A stretch of 64,000 nucleotides of DNA from Ehrlichia sp. (GTDB lineage: Bacteria > Pseudomonadota > Alphaproteobacteria > Rickettsiales > Anaplasmataceae), in the NCBI GenBank assembly GCA_052043515.1, contig JBQEQX010000001.1:1085726-1149725 (forward strand), written 5' to 3'. Below, piece after piece: positions 21,114 to 33,951 of this stretch. The notes below the pieces were generated by a model. It was not told the origin of the DNA. It saw nothing but the letters and a program-made list of their open reading frames with translations, and did not search any database. Every line of letters begins with the position of its first letter. The first letter of the stretch is position 1. The translations under genes were made by a program, and so were the position numbers.

Positions 21114-24100
21114 GTGCATAGACAGAATCTATATAGTGCTATTAAAGCAGGGGGATATAATAAAAGTAAAAGCCTTTTTTTGATTCAGCAAGTAAGAAAG
21201 AAATATCTGCTGCGATTTGTTCTGAAGTAGAAAACGGGAGTAATATATTACAATATATACTTAGTCTGCATCTTAAAGAAAAAAAGAGTTGTTGATACTC
21301 AAATTTTCCGGGCAGTCTTAGAGCATTGTAATAATGATATAATAAATAAGGAAGATAAAAATAAGCAATATCCTTTGTTTTTAGCTATGCAAGCTGGGCC
21401 AGAATTTGTAAGGTTGTTTAACGAACATAGTTTAAATAGAGGAAAATTTCAGCAAGGTGTGAATTGGCAGGTTGTTGATCGTGAAGGTCATGGAGTTTTG
21501 TATCATGCCATAGTAGGTGCATATGATGGTTCCAGTGATGGTCAAATAGAGCTCTGTAATTTGGTATTCGATAGAAAAGAATTTCCTTGTTGTGTATCTA
21601 CTAAGAATGCACAACATGGCAACATATTCCATCAAGTTTTTAAAGAGTGTAAATTAGTTGATGGAAACCAATTACGTGTTCAGTTGTTACTTGATAAACT
21701 GAATGATTTTGAAGATGAAACTTCAATATGGAATGCTTCATTAAGTCCTAAAGCATTATTAAATGAAAAAAATCACGATGGAGAAACGCCATTTCATTTG
21801 TTTGTGAAGCATAATATAGGAAGTGTGTTATTTAAAGAAGATACACAAGGTTCAGTTTATAATTTTGATCAGCTATTTAGGAATTGTGATCTACTGAAAT
21901 GTGATGTAAATGGTGAAAGTGTTATTAATTTAGCGGTTAAAAAAAGGAAATCATCAACTCATCCAATATGTACTTAAAAATTTAGGAGATGAAGAGAAAA
22001 AAGAGTTAAAGTATTCATTAATTGAGAATCTGAATGAAGACAATTACAAGATACTCCAAAATAACGATATGTTGGTTGGTTGTTTAGATGATCGTCCAAG
22101 GTTAAAGCAGAGTCTAATCAATGGATATACTAAGTTAGATACTGCTGATAAATGTGGAGAGTATAATGATATTCTTCAGAGACTTGACCTTGATCTTAAC
22201 CTTGATCTTGATCTTAATTTAACAAAGCATGCTGTAACATCTCAAAATTTAGCATTACTCGAGTTTATGCAACGTAACAGTTTGATAAACAAAAATGTTT
22301 TTGTGAGTGAGATGGTTAATGTAAAAAAATCCTAATTTTATAAGACAAGTGCTGCCCATAGTTGGTTTAGTAACTCCATTGGATCTTGTGAGTGTTTATG
22401 TACAAAAAATAAGTAGTACGATAAGTGGTACGATAAGTAGTACGATAAGAAGTATATCGCCAGAAATGATATATGAAATGTTAAGCGATAAAAGTATTGT
22501 TGTGAGGCGTCCTGGTGTGATCATGGATCTCATAGGTATGTTAGCTAATAATGCTTGTTTACTGGATAATATCATCAAAGAATCATCACCAACGCAACTT
22601 GAAAATTTTGTGAATCTCCTTTTTCATAATATTAACAGTTTAAGCTCGAGTGAGTTGTCAGGTATAGTTCACAGCGTCAGTCTAGATGAGTGTTTAAAAA
22701 ATACAAAAATAATAGATTGTAAGATAAGAGATCTTGCCTTTAAGCATGCTAGGGAAGGTGATGCTGGCAAGGTTATTGGATTAATAAGTGGTAATAAGGA
22801 TTTTATATATAGTGAACAAAATGGAAAAAGCTTGTTGGAGGTTGTATCAGATACAGGAAATCCAGAACTAGTTAGGTATTTAATCTTAGTACATAAAGAA
22901 CTTATAGAGGAGAATAAATTAAGTTATACTGTGAATCAAGATTATTCCATGATGGAGAAAATAAAAGCTTCTCTTTGTCATATTGCGAAAGTTGATCATG
23001 GGGAAGTTATACCGATTTTAGAACTTAATGAAGAACTTATTAGTGAGTATACAAAAAAGTGGACATCAATTAGCCGATATTATATTAAACAGTGCTGAAA
23101 CATGTAATAACGAAGAAGTGGTAGCTTATTGTCGTGAAGCTTATAGTAGTTTGTTATCAGATGTTTCAACTCGATCACAACATACATATCTACCTAAAGT
23201 AAAGTTGTTGAAAGGTATTGCTCGTGAAGAACAAGATCGCGATTTCTCTATGGGTCGTGTAGGAGAACTTGGTATTTTCGCAAAATATATGCAGGCAATA
23301 CAAAGTGGTAGTGTTGATGTATTTAAAGAAGAGGTTGTTGAAAAACTTTCTAATAATACGAAAGAATATGCTACTAGAAGTCATGGAGATAAAGGACATA
23401 GTATATTTACTGTTACCGCAACATTTGGAACGCCTGAGCACTGGAAAAAGTTATCTGCAGGGTATAGGTCTGTTCCATATTCTAAAAAAGTAAAATCAAT
23501 TTTTCCTGAAGATATATTGAATGGAAATAAAGTATCTACTATATGTAGTCCATTACAGGCTGCTATTATGGCGTATAATAGGCCAATGGTTGAATTTTTC
23601 TTAAGGAGATTAAACCACGTGAATTAACTGTAAGATATGGTGAAAATAATAATAATGTTTTACATACTATCCTGGAACATTCTCAAGTGGCTCTACTTGA
23701 TGATATTTTTCTTGATGGGAAGTTTTCGATTTCTGTGTTAGCAGAAGCATTTTTGCAGCCTAATAATAGTGGAATTACTCCGTTTGACAAAGCAGTTGAA
23801 AGTAAAAATATAAAGGTTTGTAGAGATTTTGTTCTTCGTGCTAAGCAGCAGATGGGGATTAAACAGTTACAAAGTTTAATTCTGGATGAAAGGTTTATTA
23901 AAGCAGTTGTTGAATCTGGGGATGTTACTTTACTAAAAGAAGTACTAGGTATTGAAGCATACATTAATAAGTCAAAAACTAAACAAAAGATATGTTTAGT
24001 AAATCATAAAATAGGAAAATGCAATTTGTTAAGCTACGCTTGCAAATGTGGAAATACAAGGTTTTTGGAACATTTAATGGAATGTTATTCTGTTGACCAG

Positions 24101-27100
24101 TTGACTAGCTCATTACCGGAAATTATAGCAGAAAAATCGAAAATAACACCTAAGATATTTGATACATTTATATCTCATATTATACATGCTTCTTCTGATG
24201 GTGATGTAATAGAAAAGCTTCTTACATGTATTATTAAATATGATAATCCAGTAGCTCTTAAAGTTTTGGAGGATATGCGAGCTATTAATCCAGTTGATAG
24301 AAGTGAAAAATTAAGTATAAGTAATATTGTTAAACTGGATAAGCCTGGCATATTGGGACATTTATTAAATGCCAGGATGCAAAATTTTAAGCTCCCTGAT
24401 TCTCCTATGCAAGCAAGTGAATTAGGATTAGCTCTGTGTTCTCCTAAGATGTCAGAAGTATGTTGTGATTACTTAAAGGCAAATCCTAAACTTCAACTTG
24501 ATCTTAGTGTGACACCACATGGTGCCATTTTATCTAATAATCTTGAATTATTACATGAACTTATTGATAGAAATGAAAGTTTCATCAAGATGGACTATGA
24601 TTTCTCAGCAGGGTATCTTGAGGGAGTTAGTGATGCATTAGAGCACCATCATGGATGTAAACTTGTATCTTTTGAATCATTATGTGATTTTGCAGAGAGA
24701 GAAAATGCAAGTCCTGAAATTCAAAATTGTCTAGAGTTATCTCTGTTAAAATCTTGTCATGATAGTTTAGAAAAATCGTATGAGGTAAAAGTTGATAGTA
24801 CTTTAATACGTACAATGACTAAACATATGAAAGATGTAACTGTAAAGTATCCAGGGTTGTGTCCATATGCTATCGATCGAATTAATGTTGAGAATTTTTT
24901 TGCTGGTGCTGATCCTGTGCGTAATAATATTTTTCATTTATGTACAAAGGAGAACGCAGATTTTTTATCTATGCTAGCTAAAAAAGTGTCATGCTCATGC
25001 TAAAGATACCGGAAATAAACGGCTAGAAGCTCTTATTGTTAAAATGGTTAATCATGTTAATCAATCAAGTGGATTATCTTTTTTCCAATTTCTTGCTCTT
25101 AATTCTGATTATGAAAGTTATGAAAATGTTAAATTATCATGTGGAGATGTAAAGTCATTAACAGCAAACAAAGCAACTTTAGCTCATCTTTGTGCTAAAA
25201 GTGCAATTAGAGATAGTGAAGGTAAGTTTGAATTTCACAGTTTGATTGAAGATGATAAAAAATTAATCACAGCCGTAGATGACAAAAAGGCAGGCTTATT
25301 GGCTTATGCTGCTAGTGGTGAAGTGGGGGATACTAGATCACATAATGAAGCTGTTAAGTTGATAATGTCGTTAGGTGAAAAATTGGATGGCAACCTTAAA
25401 AAAAGATTTTCTGCAGGTTATGCTAAGAGGACTCTGTTGTCTGCTTTTACCGGTGGGAATAAAAAAGATTTGTAGATATCTTAGTAGGAAAGCAAGCGAG
25501 AGAGGATATACTGTTTCTCAACAACGAATGGATTTGTTTAGTGAGATGGAAAGTACTGCTGATCCCGCCTTGAAGGGTCAGTTATTACTTGATGAGTGTG
25601 AATTATACGGTGAAGATGTTCAAAATTTAAGACAGGATGTAAGAGAAGATTCAGCTCACACAGAAGGTATTGAACAAGAGAGAAGGTCATTAAGTCAAGA
25701 TTCTTTAATGGAGGATGATTTAGATGAAAGATCATCAACTGATAGTGAAATGACTGCAAGCTTATTGAATGGTGATATTCAAAAAAGAAAACTTATTTGA
25801 AGAAAGTGAAGTCATAATTAGTCGCTCCAAGAAGGAAATATTGAATAGCCAAGATGAATTCATTATGTTAATGCGTGATGGTATAGATAGTATACAATAT
25901 GCAGGATTAATTAATAATGTCGCTGATCCAGTAGCGGTATTCCAATATAAACCTTTATCGGGATTACCTATTATTGAACGTGCTTTTTTTAGATGGTAGT
26001 ATTGAGTTAATAGAGGCTTTACTATGTTCTAGCAAGAAGTTAAATCCTAATCTTACTGGTCCTCAAGGTAATACTGTATTACATAGTTTTGCAATGTTTT
26101 TTTCGAAGATATCCCGATAAGCTATCTGATAAAAGGATGCAATCTTTGTTTTCTAAATTGCTGCAAGACCATAGTTTTTCTCTTAACCAAAAAAATAATT
26201 TTGGTAATACTCCACTTGATATACTAGAAGAATCAAGAGAAAGACTCAAAAGTTCAGGAAATTTTCATGCAGACAGTGTTAATGGATTTATGAGTTCATT
26301 AGTAGCACTATCTGAAGCAGAGAATGCTGAAAATAAGAGGTTGAAAATCTGTAAAGATGTATTTATTAAACGTAACTCAATTCGTAGGTTGAGTGATGAA
26401 GTTGCTGAATCTAAAGTTATAAAAGCAAAATTTAATGATATCTTATATCAGACTTGCGTAGATATTGTAAGTGATGATGCAGCGCAATATGCAGATGTTT
26501 ATGCTGTAAATCTTGCAAGATTAGATCAGATATTAAGTGATAGTATTCTCAGAGGGACTTTGCTTAATACAGATGCCGAAGGTAACAATTTTCTGCAGAA
26601 ATTATGTTTGGATATTGCTTCTCAGAAAGTCAGTAGTAGTAGTGGTGAAAAGTTGGTAGAACTTTTCAGTGCAGTTGTGTCTCGTTTAGAAAAAATAGAT
26701 CAATCATTATTAGAAAATTTATTGTTTAATACTAGAAACTCCAAATATGAAAATACGGTGGAAACCGTTGCTTGTGTTCCTGGTGCTCATGCTGTATTTA
26801 GGAAATTAGAATCGGTATTTGGTAAACATAAATTATCAGATCATTGTGATTTTTGTTCCATGTTGGTGAATTCTGCTGGGGCAGGTGATAATATTTTGTA
26901 TGAGCATCTATGCAGTAATTATGCTATTGATCGTCTAAGTAATACTGATTTGTTTGGTGATTCATCTCTACATAAAGCCGTTATTGCCGGTTCACTTGTT
27001 ATGGTTAATTCGGTGTTGGCAACTGGAAGTGATATCAACAAAAAGAATAAAAAAAGGTAATACTCCATTATGTGAGTTACTATCTTTCATATCTTCGGCT

Positions 27101-29164
27101 CACCCTGATATGGTGAAACCTCAGCATATTGATCTTGTAAAATTTTTAGTGTCTCGTGGTGCTTCACTTAATGCAAGAAATCACTGTGGTTATAATGCTA
27201 TTGATATGGTGTTATATGCTGATAAAAATAAGATATTAAATGACTCATTATGCGGATCAATTAGTCTTTTAGACTCTATAGTGGAGAGTAGGAAAAGGTA
27301 TCATGGTATCAGAACTGAGTGTGCTACAGAGTTAAAGCCCTATGTAAAATCAACACAAAACACGAGTTGCGAGGATGTGGAATTTGGTATATATGGTGGT
27401 GTATTATCTACTAAGATTAACAATGGAGCATTAAAATCCAGTGATTTGTTAAACAGTCAATTTTGTAAAAAACATAATTTTAAGTCAGTTAAGTTTGAGT
27501 TTTCTAATAGTGATAAAGGATATGTTCAAGGTGTTGGTGGTAAGAGAAATTATGTTGTTACTGATGGATCTATAAAACTTAAAGTATCATGGCAGCCCGT
27601 TCGTCCTAAAGGTGATAAAAGGCAGTTGGTTAATGTCATTATACACTCTGATGGAAGTATATCGTTAAGTGATGAAGATGCGAAAAAATATGGTGTAAAT
27701 GGCGAAAAGATAAATTTTGACCGCTGTAAAATTTTTGTTGGAGGATTAAGTTTAAAAGATGCTTTGGCCAGTGGAAGGTGGAGGGAAAGGATATTTGATT
27801 TAGGTGAAGAACGACAAAGAAGCGCTTCAGTAGAGTCATTGGATAGCGAAGAAAGAAGTGATGACGACTCACCACCACAAGGTACTCTAGATCAAGAAGA
27901 TGTACAAAGTCAAAGTGCAGGTGCTGGGTTATTCTCTGATCAAGTTTTGTCAGCTTCCGCTTCTGAAACTAGTGATGTAAAAAATGTAGCATCAACAAGT
28001 ATGTCATCGCAACTTACATCGGCTATGTCACAGTCAGATAGCATTTTAAGTGTTGTAACGCCGTCAGGTAATAGTAAGTTGGAATCCGCAACCAGACATA
28101 TAGATAGGTCAGTGGTTGGACAGGAAAGTACATCATTTATTGATGAAGCATATGGGCATGGTGTGGGAAAAAGTACCGGATATCATGCAACAAGTGAAAT
28201 TCAAGCGAGTGGTGTATTATCTGGTCAGTTAGATGTTGGGTCTGGAGCTTCTGTTACTGTTGTTGAAGAAATATCTGATGATGAGATGCGATCTCCTCAG
28301 TTATTGCAACAAGATGTGCAAAGTCAAAGTGTTGGTGGATTGTTATTCTCTGGTCAAGTTTTTCCATCTTTCGCTTCTGAAACTAGTGATGTAACATGTA
28401 TTGATGCAACAAGTATGTCATTGGAACCTACAGCAGGTATGCCAGGTCCAAGTGACGGTTTAGATGTTGCAGTGCAATCAAGTGATGGTGAATTGAAATC
28501 CACGACTAGACATACCGATGGGTCAGTAAGTGGACAAAAGAGTACCACTAATAGATTTATTGATGCAGTACGTAGAAAAGTATCTGAGCGTGGTGGAAGA
28601 GAAGATACCTGGTATCCTACAACACATCAAGCACAAACAAATGATGATAAGTTTATGCAAAGTAAGAGTGTTGTAACTTCATCGTCGCCATGTGAGTCAG
28701 CAAAAAGGAAAAGAAGTCGTTCACTTCCTGAGATACTTGACCAAAATATATTGTGTGGGAATGGCGGAAGAGAGTATAGCATGTCTCATAGAGCACATAA
28801 AGCTCAAGAGAGCAGTCCCGGGAGGTCTACTAGTAGTTGTGATTTGGAAGGTGGAGAAAGCAGTAGTCCACATGATATAAGGCGAGAAATTCTAGCGTTG
28901 TCCAAATGTGGATGGTTGCCATCTGGTACTTTAGCTCAACATAAGCATAATCTTGTTAGTCGATCGCTGCCAGGTCTACCTTTATCAAGTGCAGGAATCA
29001 GTACTTCTTCAGATATTGGTGTGGTAGGTGATAGTATTGAGCAAATTGCTCAAGGGTTGTTAGGAATGAGGAGTGGAGAAGCGTTAGATAGTGATAAACT
29101 ACACACTTTGTCTCCTCCTCCTTCCCCTTCTATATCACCTGATGATAAATCAAAACCAAGGTAA
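21114..29164 (+). CDS. giant ankyrin-repeat protein (~2,700 aa), broken by roughly a dozen homopolymer frameshifts; start approximate
   Basis: Consecutive + strand ORFs joined at A/T/G runs; ANK motifs NHDGETPFHLFVKH, NNSGITPFDKAVES, GPQGNTVLH, DLFGDSSLHKAV...GSDINKKN-KKGNTPL; Ser/acidic tail. Confidence 0.85.
22183..22218 (+). repeat. 6 x CTTRAY hexamer tandem repeat (LDLDLNLDLDLN)
   Basis: cttgac cttgat cttaac cttgat cttgat cttaat read directly. Confidence 0.85.
22409..22449 (+). repeat. 3+ x 12-nt tandem repeat ATAAGTRGTACG (ISST/ISGT)
   Basis: ataagtagtacg ataagtggtacg ataagtagtacg ataag read directly. Confidence 0.9.
27893..28570 (+). repeat. diverged intragenic duplication, period 414 nt (138 aa)
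   Basis: caagaagatgtacaaagtcaaagt...gcttctgaaactagtgatgtaa...caacaagtatgtcat at 27893 recurs from 28307. Confidence 0.9.
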
Positions 29165-29620
29165 GTGTATTTTTGATACGTGCTTGAAAAGATGGAATAA
29201 GGTATAGTATATTTTACAAAATTATTTTGTGATGATTAGAGTGTTTAAAATCCGTGTATGGTTTTTAATGGGAGATTTTTTTCTATAAATTAGCTAATTT
29301 CTAAGATTCCCATAGTAATAAATTGAAGTGTAATTGTGTTGGATTTGTGTGATTCTAAATGTAGTAAACATTCCCATGCTAGGTATCTAAGAATAGAAAA
29401 AGAAATATGGCAGTAAAGTTATATCTTCTTAGTGAGGGAATGTGAAATTTTTTATTAGTGAAAGTAAATATAAAGAGGGTAATGTGTGGGGGGTATTCTT
29501 TAAATGTGTTATTATCAAACATTAGAATGTTATGTATAAAATTTTTATTTTAATAAAATTCTTGTATAACTAATCAGAGATAATATACTTTGATGTGAGG
29601 TATTTTGTAATTTAAGGTTT

Positions 29621-30468
29621 ATGGCTAATCTTAAAGCTCTCTTATTGAGAATAAAAAGTATAAGATCCATACAGAAGACTACTAAGGTTATGCAGATGAT
29701 ATCTGCTGCCAAGTTGCACCGTGTTCAGCAAAGGTTGGATAGTGCGAAAAAATATTTAGCAGAACTGCATAGCATTATCGATCATACTGCAATTGCTGAG
29801 GGTGGTAGTATTAGTGGAACGTCTTGTAAGTGTACTGTTTTATTGATTATAATGTCTTCCGATAGGGGGTTATGTGGCAATTTTAATAACATGGTAATTA
29901 AGTTTGCTAAGTCTTATATAAAAAAAATTGGAATTAGATGGCAAAGAGGTAAAATTAGTATTCTTCGGCAAAAAAGCGTATTACATGATGTTGAATCAGT
30001 ATTCAGGAAAGATATTAAATGTATTTTCTGATGTTAAATGTGTTACAGATTTTTTTACATTTTAAGTTGTTTATGTACAATAGTAACATTAATTTTGGTC
30101 AGTTTGATGGTGTTGCTGTAGTATTTAATAAGTTCTATAGTACAATGCTTCAGGAACCTACTGTGCAAAATTTGATTCCTTATAATATTGAAATTCGTCT
30201 GTTGTTGAGAGAAAATTATCAATACGAGCCAACATATGTTGATGTGTTGTCTAGTATAAATCTGAGTTATATATTGTGCCTAATGTATATTGCGTTTTTG
30301 GAGAACTCTGCCAGCGAACATTGTGCCCGCATGATTGCTATGGAGTCAGCAAATAGTAATACTAAAGATATGTTGGATAGGTTAGCATTGGAATATAATC
30401 GTTCTAGGCAAGCTTCTATAACTACTGATTTGATAGAGATAATTAGTGGATTTGAATCATTAAACTAG
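29621..30468 (+). CDS. atpG: ATP synthase F1 gamma subunit (2 frameshifts)
   Basis: IQKTTKVMQMISAAKL, SDRGLCGNFN, SEHCARMIAM, YNRSRQASITTDLIEIISG. Confidence 0.96.
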
Positions 30469-30481
30469 TTAATTAGTCATT

Positions 30482-31061
30482 ATGAAATATGGTAAACCAT
30501 CTGATCACGAAGCTGAAGAAGCGGTTAATTTGTTGATAAGATGGATAGGCGATGATCCAGATAGAGATGGTCTTGCTGGTACGGCTGGACGTGTGTTAAA
30601 TTTTTATAAGAAGTTCTTTAATGGATATCAGGCAAATGTATCTTCAATTATGCAAGGTTCAGTATTATCTAATGACAAGAACTATAATGGTACAATAATA
30701 TTTAAAAACAACGAATTTACATCTTATTGTGAGCATCATATTGTTCCGATGAAGGGCAAGATCAATATTGGGTATATTCCAGATAAACTAATCCTGGGTG
30801 TTGGTAAAATTGTTAAGCTAGTCGATTGTGTTACAAAAAAGGTTGTCACTTCAGGAGAAATTAACTATAGAAATAGCAGAAGCTTTAGAGCATTATTTGC
30901 TTCCTAAGGGTGTTATTGTTGTAATTGAGGCAGTACATGAGTGTATTTCTTGTCTTGAAGAAAAAGGTAAGAATGGTTTATTGTTACATACGAGTTATGC
31001 TACTGGTGTTTTTCAAAGTAATATGGAGCTGAGGAGAGAGTTTTTTTATAACATTAATTAA
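30482..31061 (+). CDS. folE: GTP cyclohydrolase I, divergent (1 frameshift)
   Basis: IGDDPDRDGL, SYCEHHIVP, IGYIP, LQEKLT, HECI, G.F....ELRREF. Confidence 0.88.
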
Positions 31062-31076
31062 TTTGGAGTGTGGAAG

Positions 31077-32413
31077 TTGGATATTTTAAATGTAGCTGAG
31101 GATACTGTAAGAAAGATAAAAAAGTATGGGTTGCTCTGGTGATGTGGTGATCTACTCCAGTGATAAATTGTCGTTGTCACAACGTTTACATAGTATCGAT
31201 GAGATTATTCAATCTAGGGAATGTAAAATAGGGATTAGAGTGATTGTAAATAACAATCAGTTTGCTTGCGTATCTTCTAATGGGTTCTCTAATGTTGCAG
31301 AGCTTGTAGCTAAGGCTATTTCAATGGCAAAGCTGACTCCAGGAGATCCTTATATTTCTCTCAGTGATGATATTATCAATAAAGAAAATTTGTTAGATGG
31401 TAATGATTTAAAGATATTGGATAAAACTACTGTTACAATTGATCAATGTAAGAAGATTGTTGCAGATATGGAAAATGCTGCGTTATCTTGTAGTAGCAAG
31501 ATTACCAATTCCGAAGGATCGTCATTTTCTTATGGTATGATAACTAAAGTTTTAGCAACTTCAGGTGGTTTTATTGGTTCCTATAGTAAATCTAATTTTA
31601 CGAGTAGTATTTCCGTAATTGCTGGTGTAGGTGATAATATGGAAATGGGTTATGATTTTTCTTCTGTATGTAATTTTAGTGATATGAGGGATCCAATAAA
31701 AATAGGAGAAGAAGCTGCATCAAGAGCAGTGAATCGTTTAAATCCTAGAAAAGTACAGACTCGTAAGATGTCAATTATAATTGAAAATAGGATTGCTGGA
31801 ACCTTGTTGAATAATTTTGCAAGTGCGATAAGGGGTGATAACGTAGCTAATGAAGCTTCATTTTTAAGTGGTAGTATTAATACTCAAGTTTTTCCAAATG
31901 ATATTTCTATAGTAGATGATCCATTTATGATGTCTGGTATTTCCTCTAGGCCTTTTGATGGGGAAGGGATTATTGGAAGTAAAAAACTGGTAGTAGAGAA
32001 CGGCGTACTAAATACTTGGATTTTAGACATGCGATCAGCTAATAGACTTCGGCTTAAGAGTACAGGAAATGCTGTAAGACATTCTAATGCATCAATTACT
32101 CCTGGGGTTAGTAATTTTTATATACAAAACGGTAATTTGTCTGTTGAAGAGTTAATGTTAGATATAAAAGAAGGGCTTTATCTTACTGATCTTTTTGGTT
32201 TTGGAGTGAATTTAATTACTGGTGATTATAGTCAAGGTGCAGCTGGGTTTTTTTATAGAGGATGGTAAAATATCTTATCCAGTAAGTGGAATTACTATTG
32301 CTAGTAACTTACGACATATGTTTGCTGAAATGTCAGTTGCAAATGATTTGGTATTTTTTGGTTCAGTAAACTCACCTACAGTAAGGATAAATGACGTAAC
32401 CATTGCTGGATAG
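31077..32413 (+). CDS. pmbA: TldD/PmbA family metalloprotease (PmbA/TldE) (2 frameshifts)
   Basis: DDP...SRPFDGEG, STGNA, GVNLITGDYSQGA, PV.GITIASNL. Confidence 0.9.
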
Positions 32414-32715
32414 GTTTTTAATTATTATAAAGATAAATTCTCTCGAAATCAGAGTTTTATGTTCGTGTAAACCACTTTGTTGACCTGGTGTTTTTCTGTT
32501 ATTATATAGGAAAAAGCCGATTGATTTTTTTGTCATATTTTTACAGCTAGCTTATATACTGTTTTTAATTATATTACAAAAATTAAATGTATATTGGTAT
32601 TTATAGATTGTCTTAATTTTCTTCATATGACAGATTATTGTGTAATAATTACTAGATAAGTTCTACGCGTTAGTTTAATGTATTATATGATGTTTTGGTA
32701 GTAGCGTGAGTAGAT

Positions 32716-33729
32716 ATGGCTGATTATATATCTGATATAGCAGTAATAGGTGCAGGTCCTGTTGGAATATTTACTGTGTTTCAAGCTGGTATGCTTAAAA
32801 TGCGGTGTTGTGTCATTGATGCATTAAGTGAAATTGGTGGTCAATGTGTGGCTTTATATCCAAAGAAACCAATATATGATATACCAGGTTATCCAGTAAT
32901 TACTGGTCAAGAATTAATAGATAATTTAAAAAAACAGTCTGAAGTGTTTAATCCTCAATATTTATTAGAGCAATTAGTTGAAGATGTACAAGATAATTCA
33001 GATTATTTTTTAATAAAAACTAGTAAAGAAGTAATAGTACAATGTAAGGTTATTATAATTGCAGCTGGAGCAGGGGCATTTGGTCCAAATCGTCTTCCTA
33101 TAGATAATGTTTGTGATTACGAAGGTAAATCTGTACTTTATCAAGTCAAGCAAACTTCATGTTTTTGCAATAAGAGTGTAATGATAGCAGGAGGAGGTGA
33201 TTCAGCTGCTGATTGGGCAGTAGAGCTTGCAAAGATTACAAAACAGTTATATGTGGTCCACAGGAGAAGAAATTTTCGCTGTGCTCCTCATACTGCATTA
33301 CAAATAGAAGGTCTATCACAAGATGGTAGAATAAAAATTATTGTTCCGTACCAGGTTAATGAATTATATGGGAAAAATGGTATGTTAAATTCTGTAGTTG
33401 TTAAAAATATTGTAAATAATGAAAAGATTACATTACAGGTTGATTATTTACTTCCATTTTTTGGTACATCTGCAAATCTTGGTCCTATATTGAATTGGGG
33501 ACTAGAAATAAAAGGCTATCAAATTATTGTAGATAATGTAAGTTATAGAACGAATCGTGACAGGATATACGCAGTTGGTGATATAGCAACTTATCCAGGA
33601 AAAATAAAATTAATGCTTATAGGATTTTCAGAAGCTGCAATGGCATGTCATCATATATATCACGTAGTGTATCCCACTTCTCCATTAAATTTCCAATATT
33701 CTACTTCAAAAGGTATACCAAAAATCTAG
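32716..33729 (+). CDS. ferredoxin--NADP+ reductase (thioredoxin-reductase-like, YumC type)
   Basis: IGAGPVG, GGQC.ALYP.KPIYDIPG, GGGDSAADWA, VHRR, GDIATYPGKIKL; no CXXC. Confidence 0.9.
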   Translation: MADYISDIAVIGAGPVGIFTVFQAGMLKMRCCVIDALSEIGGQCVALYPKKPIYDIPGYPVITGQELIDNLKKQSEVFNPQYLLEQLVEDVQDNSDYFLIKTSKEVIVQCKVIIIAAGAGAFGPNRLPIDNVCDYEGKSVLYQVKQTSCFCNKSVMIAGGGDSAADWAVELAKITKQLYVVHRRRNFRCAPHTALQIEGLSQDGRIKIIVPYQVNELYGKNGMLNSVVVKNIVNNEKITLQVDYLLPFFGTSANLGPILNWGLEIKGYQIIVDNVSYRTNRDRIYAVGDIATYPGKIKLMLIGFSEAAMACHHIYHVVYPTSPLNFQYSTSKGIPKI

Positions 33730-33951
33730 TGTATATTTTCATATAAAATTATTTTCGTATTTGATATGAATTATTAACCACTTTGGTGATGTGTAGAGTA
33801 GGATTACATTTATTATCTAGTTAATTCTCAGTTAAAGAAATATAGAATTTGTATTAATAAACTTTTCGCGAATAATAAAAATGAGTGATTTAGTTTCTAT
33901 TAAGTAATCAAATTGAAGCGTATGGTTTTCACAGTATCTTTGTATGAATTT

